IMG/VR virus record: IMGVR_UViG_3300032280_000195 | Location: 1-27,145 of that record | Reading direction: 5' to 3' (one strand) | Length of the DNA stretch: 27,145 bases | From: a virus | Lineage: Duplodnaviria > Caudoviricetes | Shown here: positions 23,681 through 27,145 of the stretch, piece after piece | How the letters are laid out: the number at the start of each line of letters is the position of its first letter | How positions within the stretch are numbered: position 1 is the first letter of the stretch | Notes under the pieces: model-generated | What the model was told of the DNA's origin: nothing | The model's input: the letters and a program-made list of their open reading frames with translations, nothing else | Database searches by the model: none | Program-made: the position numbers and the translations under genes

Positions 23681-25624
23681 TTATCTCCGGCCATCAGGCC
23701 TGATGTCGAGCGCCGGAACGCCAAGCTGCCACTGCACGCCCAGACCATCCGAGCTAATACGGAACGCCATCTGACGACCCCGGACCCGGACATACACAAT
23801 CTCGGTGAACTGCTGCACCACGTAGTTGCGCTGGCCTTGGTAGTTCTGGGCACTGACCACTTCGGGGGACGCAGCGGCGCTGTAGTTTGCGCCGGGGTTT
23901 TGCCGTGGACGCAACGTCATTGTCACTGCGGGGTTGTTGACTGTCGAGCCATCAAAGGTAATGTCAGGGATCATGCGCCATGCAAAACCGTAGTTGTGCC
24001 CATCACCGATATTGAAGTCGGCTGACTGGATGTACGCCGTAATAGGACTTGGTGGGTTTGTTGTGCCATCATTCACGCCGTCTTCGTGGTAAATCAACTG
24101 GCCGTTGTAGCCAGCGGCAGTGGGGAAGTCCCGCAGAGCACTGTCCACCCAAGCAGTACGCGCCAAATTGCCGTACATCCAGATTTTTTCAAGGTGGTTA
24201 TAGACCACATAGCGGTCGATTGTTGTGGAGTTGGCCGAGCAGTAGAACCACCAGATTTCGTTGAAGCCCTCATTGGTACTTGCAAAGAATTGGTATTGCT
24301 GCTGTAAGTTGATGTCGCCAAAGATGTACTGACGCAGGGGGCAATACAGCGTTTCTACCCGACCGGAGTACATGTAGAACTTATCAAGCCCCATCCAGTA
24401 GGTAATGTTGGAGGCCGTGGCTACAGCGTTGGGACCGGCAATGGACGTGTTTGCACCCATGATCTGAAAACCCCAAACAAACGGTGGGCCAAGATATTGC
24501 ATGGAGTAGATTGCAGCGTCCGTCCAAACCAATATCTCCTGCCGCGTCTGCAGCTGGGCAACAATACTGGAGCCTGTACTGAGTCGGTAGCTACCTGCTT
24601 GGTTGGTTGCCAGAGGGGCCCACACGGCATAGTTCTCTTGGTCGGACCAACGTATCAGCAAGGGGTCAAGTGCTGTTTCACCGTAGTCGTTACAACCAAA
24701 CGCAATAACAAACCGCGAGGCATCCGACACAGTGACAATGTTGCAGATGGACGGGCAGCTGGTATCTGTTGTATAAGGCGCGGGGCTTGTTGAGCTCAGT
24801 AAAACGGCGCGGTCATACACGGTGGGCGAGATGTTCACTTTCCACAAGTACAGCGCCCCGCCCCGTGGGTTGATGACGAGGTCTTGGCCATAGTTGGCTT
24901 GACTCCACAAGCGCATTTGTTCGCCAATACCAAGGCCCGCAGGGGCTGGAGCGCCCCACCCTGTCAACGTGCCACCAGAATCGCCGCCCCAACCGCCAGC
25001 GCCCCAGCCAACGCCCACGGTAAAAATCTCGCCGCCAGTAGAAATCTGATACGTAAATGTTGCAGCGCCAGTTGTTCCTGAAGATGTGGCAGGGGAAGAG
25101 ACCGTGATACTGTACGTATTGGATGTCAGAAAAGTTATGCGGAACTCTTGGTTCAGCGCTGCAGCAGGAATGCCGTTGATTGCGCCGCCTACCCCAGAAA
25201 TTGTTACAAAGTCGCCAGTAAGGCCGTTGTACCCTGTATCGTTGACAACTACCGTTGTGGAGCCGTTGACCGTAGTGAAGGCGTTTGATGCCACGGCGTT
25301 GACATCCCGAATAGGCGTGATGTCGTAGAAGGAGCCGCCAGCCGTTTGCTGGATATAGTACTTCAGGTTTGTACCCACCCCCATCAGGTTAAAGCCTGCC
25401 AACGTGATCCAGTTCCAAAGAGCGCGGGCCACGCCCCAGTACGATCCGGCCGGTGGCTGCAAGGCAGAAGTCGTTGTGCCCGTGTCAAGGGTCCAGCCGC
25501 CCAACTTTTCCGGATACCCCGAGCGAAAGCGTACCTTGTCCATCTCGAACCAAGTGCCTTCGTTGGCCAGAGTTGTCGATTCTCGGTTTACGCCGGGGCG
25601 GAGCTGGAGTTTTTGCAGGGGCAT
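23681..25624 (-). CDS. Tail tube/nozzle (P22 gp10-like stabilisation) protein
   Basis: 647 aa, beta-rich; 'DKVRFRSGYPEKLGGW', 'IRWSDQEN..W.P..TNQAG', C-terminal 'VRVRGRQ...W.LG...DIRPDGRR' typical of podovirus-type tail proteins. Confidence 0.72.
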   Translation of the reverse strand: MPLQKLQLRPGVNRESTTLANEGTWFEMDKVRFRSGYPEKLGGWTLDTGTTTSALQPPAGSYWGVARALWNWITLAGFNLMGVGTNLKYYIQQTAGGSFYDITPIRDVNAVASNAFTTVNGSTTVVVNDTGYNGLTGDFVTISGVGGAINGIPAAALNQEFRITFLTSNTYSITVSSPATSSGTTGAATFTYQISTGGEIFTVGVGWGAGGWGGDSGGTLTGWGAPAPAGLGIGEQMRLWSQANYGQDLVINPRGGALYLWKVNISPTVYDRAVLLSSTSPAPYTTDTSCPSICNIVTVSDASRFVIAFGCNDYGETALDPLLIRWSDQENYAVWAPLATNQAGSYRLSTGSSIVAQLQTRQEILVWTDAAIYSMQYLGPPFVWGFQIMGANTSIAGPNAVATASNITYWMGLDKFYMYSGRVETLYCPLRQYIFGDINLQQQYQFFASTNEGFNEIWWFYCSANSTTIDRYVVYNHLEKIWMYGNLARTAWVDSALRDFPTAAGYNGQLIYHEDGVNDGTTNPPSPITAYIQSADFNIGDGHNYGFAWRMIPDITFDGSTVNNPAVTMTLRPRQNPGANYSAAASPEVVSAQNYQGQRNYVVQQFTEIVYVRVRGRQMAFRISSDGLGVQWQLGVPALDIRPDGRR

Positions 25625-25633
25625 GAGGGTCTC

Positions 25634-26230
25634 TTAGGTGAGCACAGCCAGTGCGTGGTTGATGTGCTTGATGCGGTCTTCAAGCCCAATTGTCCCACCG
25701 TTGATCTTTTTTGTCATCCCGGTGTAGTCCTTGGCGTCGGCTTCTTTATTGAGGCCGCGCTTGTTCCAGTACCACGCTGCGGACAAAGCCGCATATTTGG
25801 GGGATAGCACCAGATCGGGAGAGTGGATAAAGTCCTCGCCCAAGGCATCTCCGCACAGGGTGTAATTGTCCTTGCCGGTCAATTGGATCAGACCTCTTCC
25901 CTTGTACAGGCTGCCTTCCCCTGTCTCTTCGGTGCCGTTGCCCATGCGTCCGCCATAAACCTTGTTGGCTATCTTGTCGGGGTTGCGGTGGTAAGGCTGC
26001 GCAGCTTCCGGCGTGGGGAAGCGGCTCGGCCAAACCCGGCACAAGCCCTCAGCGCTGTAGTTCAGGTTCTCTTGCAGGGTCTTAAAGTTGCCGGACTCAT
26101 GGGCGCACTGGCCAATAAACGCCGCCATCCGCAAAGGCGTGTTGATCTCATAGCGGTTGAACGCTTCGTTCAGCGGCTCCAGCCAGTCTTCGGAGATGTG
26201 CAGTTCTTTGAGTTGTTCAGCAGTAATCAT
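25634..26230 (-). CDS. Glycoside hydrolase family 19 endolysin
   Basis: 'AAFIGQCAHESG', 'ENLNYS', 'YKGRGLIQLTGKDNY', 'TKKINGG..GLEDR'. Start 26230 chosen from the ATGA overlap with the holin stop. Confidence 0.92.
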   Translation of the reverse strand: MITAEQLKELHISEDWLEPLNEAFNRYEINTPLRMAAFIGQCAHESGNFKTLQENLNYSAEGLCRVWPSRFPTPEAAQPYHRNPDKIANKVYGGRMGNGTEETGEGSLYKGRGLIQLTGKDNYTLCGDALGEDFIHSPDLVLSPKYAALSAAWYWNKRGLNKEADAKDYTGMTKKINGGTIGLEDRIKHINHALAVLT

Positions 26231-26724
26231 TTCACGGGTCCTGCTTTTGAAAGGAGATCGGTTTTGGCTTGTGAGCCTGCGGAGCTGCCAAAGTAGTAGG
26301 CAATGATGCCTGTCCAAGCAGTGCCCAAGCTACCTAACATCATCAGGATAGCCGGGTTGCTGCTGTCGATCTGATTGAAGAACATCATCACCATGATGCC
26401 AAAGAAGCCAAGGGTGACTGCGCCAGCAAGGATTGGTGGCATCAGGCTGCGGGTGGTGGCCTGCATCTCGCGTGCGGACTTGCGGTCTTCCACTTCCAGC
26501 TTCTCAAAGTTAAGGCCAAGCTCTTGCGCCTGCTTTTGCAACTCAATCTCGGCCAGCTTGACCTGTGCGATCTGCTCGGCTGACAACTTGTTGTTGGCAA
26601 TCAGGTCACCTACCTTTGCCTCATCTACGCCAATGGCTTTGGAGATGGCTGATACAGCCATGCCTGCCAGTGGGCCCCCCATCGCGGTGGCGATTGTCGG
26701 TGCAATTTGTTTAAGCCAATCCAT
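26227..26724 (-). CDS. Holin (3TM gene-transfer-release-like family)
   Basis: 'IAPTIATAMGGPLAG', 'DRKSAREM', two hydrophobic segments and 'YYFGSS'; directly upstream of the endolysin. Confidence 0.75.
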   Translation of the reverse strand: MDWLKQIAPTIATAMGGPLAGMAVSAISKAIGVDEAKVGDLIANNKLSAEQIAQVKLAEIELQKQAQELGLNFEKLEVEDRKSAREMQATTRSLMPPILAGAVTLGFFGIMVMMFFNQIDSSNPAILMMLGSLGTAWTGIIAYYFGSSAGSQAKTDLLSKAGPVK

Positions 26725-27144
26725 TCAATTACCCCTTTTGGTTAGCATGGCGCTGGCGATTTCCAGCATGAATTTTATCTGCTCAAGGTTCTCAGGTTGC
26801 TGGGCCCAACCGACTGTGATCTGGCCAACAAACCGGTGACTGTCTGGTGGAACGCTGACCCGGCAGGTGTACGTCACGCCCTTCTCCAAATACCACAGGC
26901 CCACCTCAGACTGCGCGTAACGATACTCTGAGCAAGGAATCTCGTTGGTCATCAGCTTGATAACGTCTGCATTGTTGGCTGCATTCTGGCTGAACAGGCC
27001 TACGTCGATGTCCTCAATGCTCTTGTCCCGGCCTTCTTTGGTGTAAGCCTTGTACAAAACCCTGCTGCCAAACAAAGGGTTAACCCTAAAGATAGCCACT
27101 ACGGTTGCGCCGGTCTTTTTGAACAGCATGGCGCTGGCTTCGTC
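26725..27144 (-). CDS. Hypothetical protein with a GAF-like C-terminal domain (5'-truncated by the window edge)
   Basis: Frame is open to the window end (DEASAMLFKK...). 'YTCRVSVP....FVGQITVGW....LEQIKFMLEIASAML' fits the GAF strand-strand-helix ending. Stop abuts the holin ATG. Confidence 0.6.
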   Translation of the reverse strand, partial: DEASAMLFKKTGATVVAIFRVNPLFGSRVLYKAYTKEGRDKSIEDIDVGLFSQNAANNADVIKLMTNEIPCSEYRYAQSEVGLWYLEKGVTYTCRVSVPPDSHRFVGQITVGWAQQPENLEQIKFMLEIASAMLTKRGN

Positions 27145-27145
27145 T

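Noticed and set aside
26231-26317. Longer start for the endolysin
   Set aside because: Lies inside the holin gene; ATGA coupling supports 26230.
1-27145. Stop-codon reassignment, introns or inteins
   Set aside because: Genes tile tightly under the standard code with intact motifs; no split genes or intein termini were noticed.

Overview
A 27.1-kb piece of a tailed dsDNA bacteriophage genome, probably podovirus-like, with two convergent gene blocks. The + strand block (1-9038) is a replication module: family A DNA polymerase (3' end), a small HExxH protein, a Cas4-like exonuclease, two adjacent HNH-type nucleases, an SNF2 helicase, a putative SSB, a Cro-like HTH protein and an AEP primase/DUF927 helicase. 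The - strand block (27145-9013) is a lysis and virion module: a GAF-like protein, a holin, a GH19 endolysin, a P22 gp10-like tail protein, a needle-like protein, a GNAT-like protein and four putative internal/ejection proteins ending in a 3095-aa polyvalent protein. The most notable observations are (1) a short [FMYL]-[AQS]-x-G-G motif shared by three internal-virion proteins and tied to a small conserved domain, suggesting a sorting or processing system; (2) a compact intergenic RNA with a bulged-G (loop E) motif; (3) a T4-holin-like GAF domain beside the lysis cassette. All family assignments come from motif recognition by eye; no searches were run.
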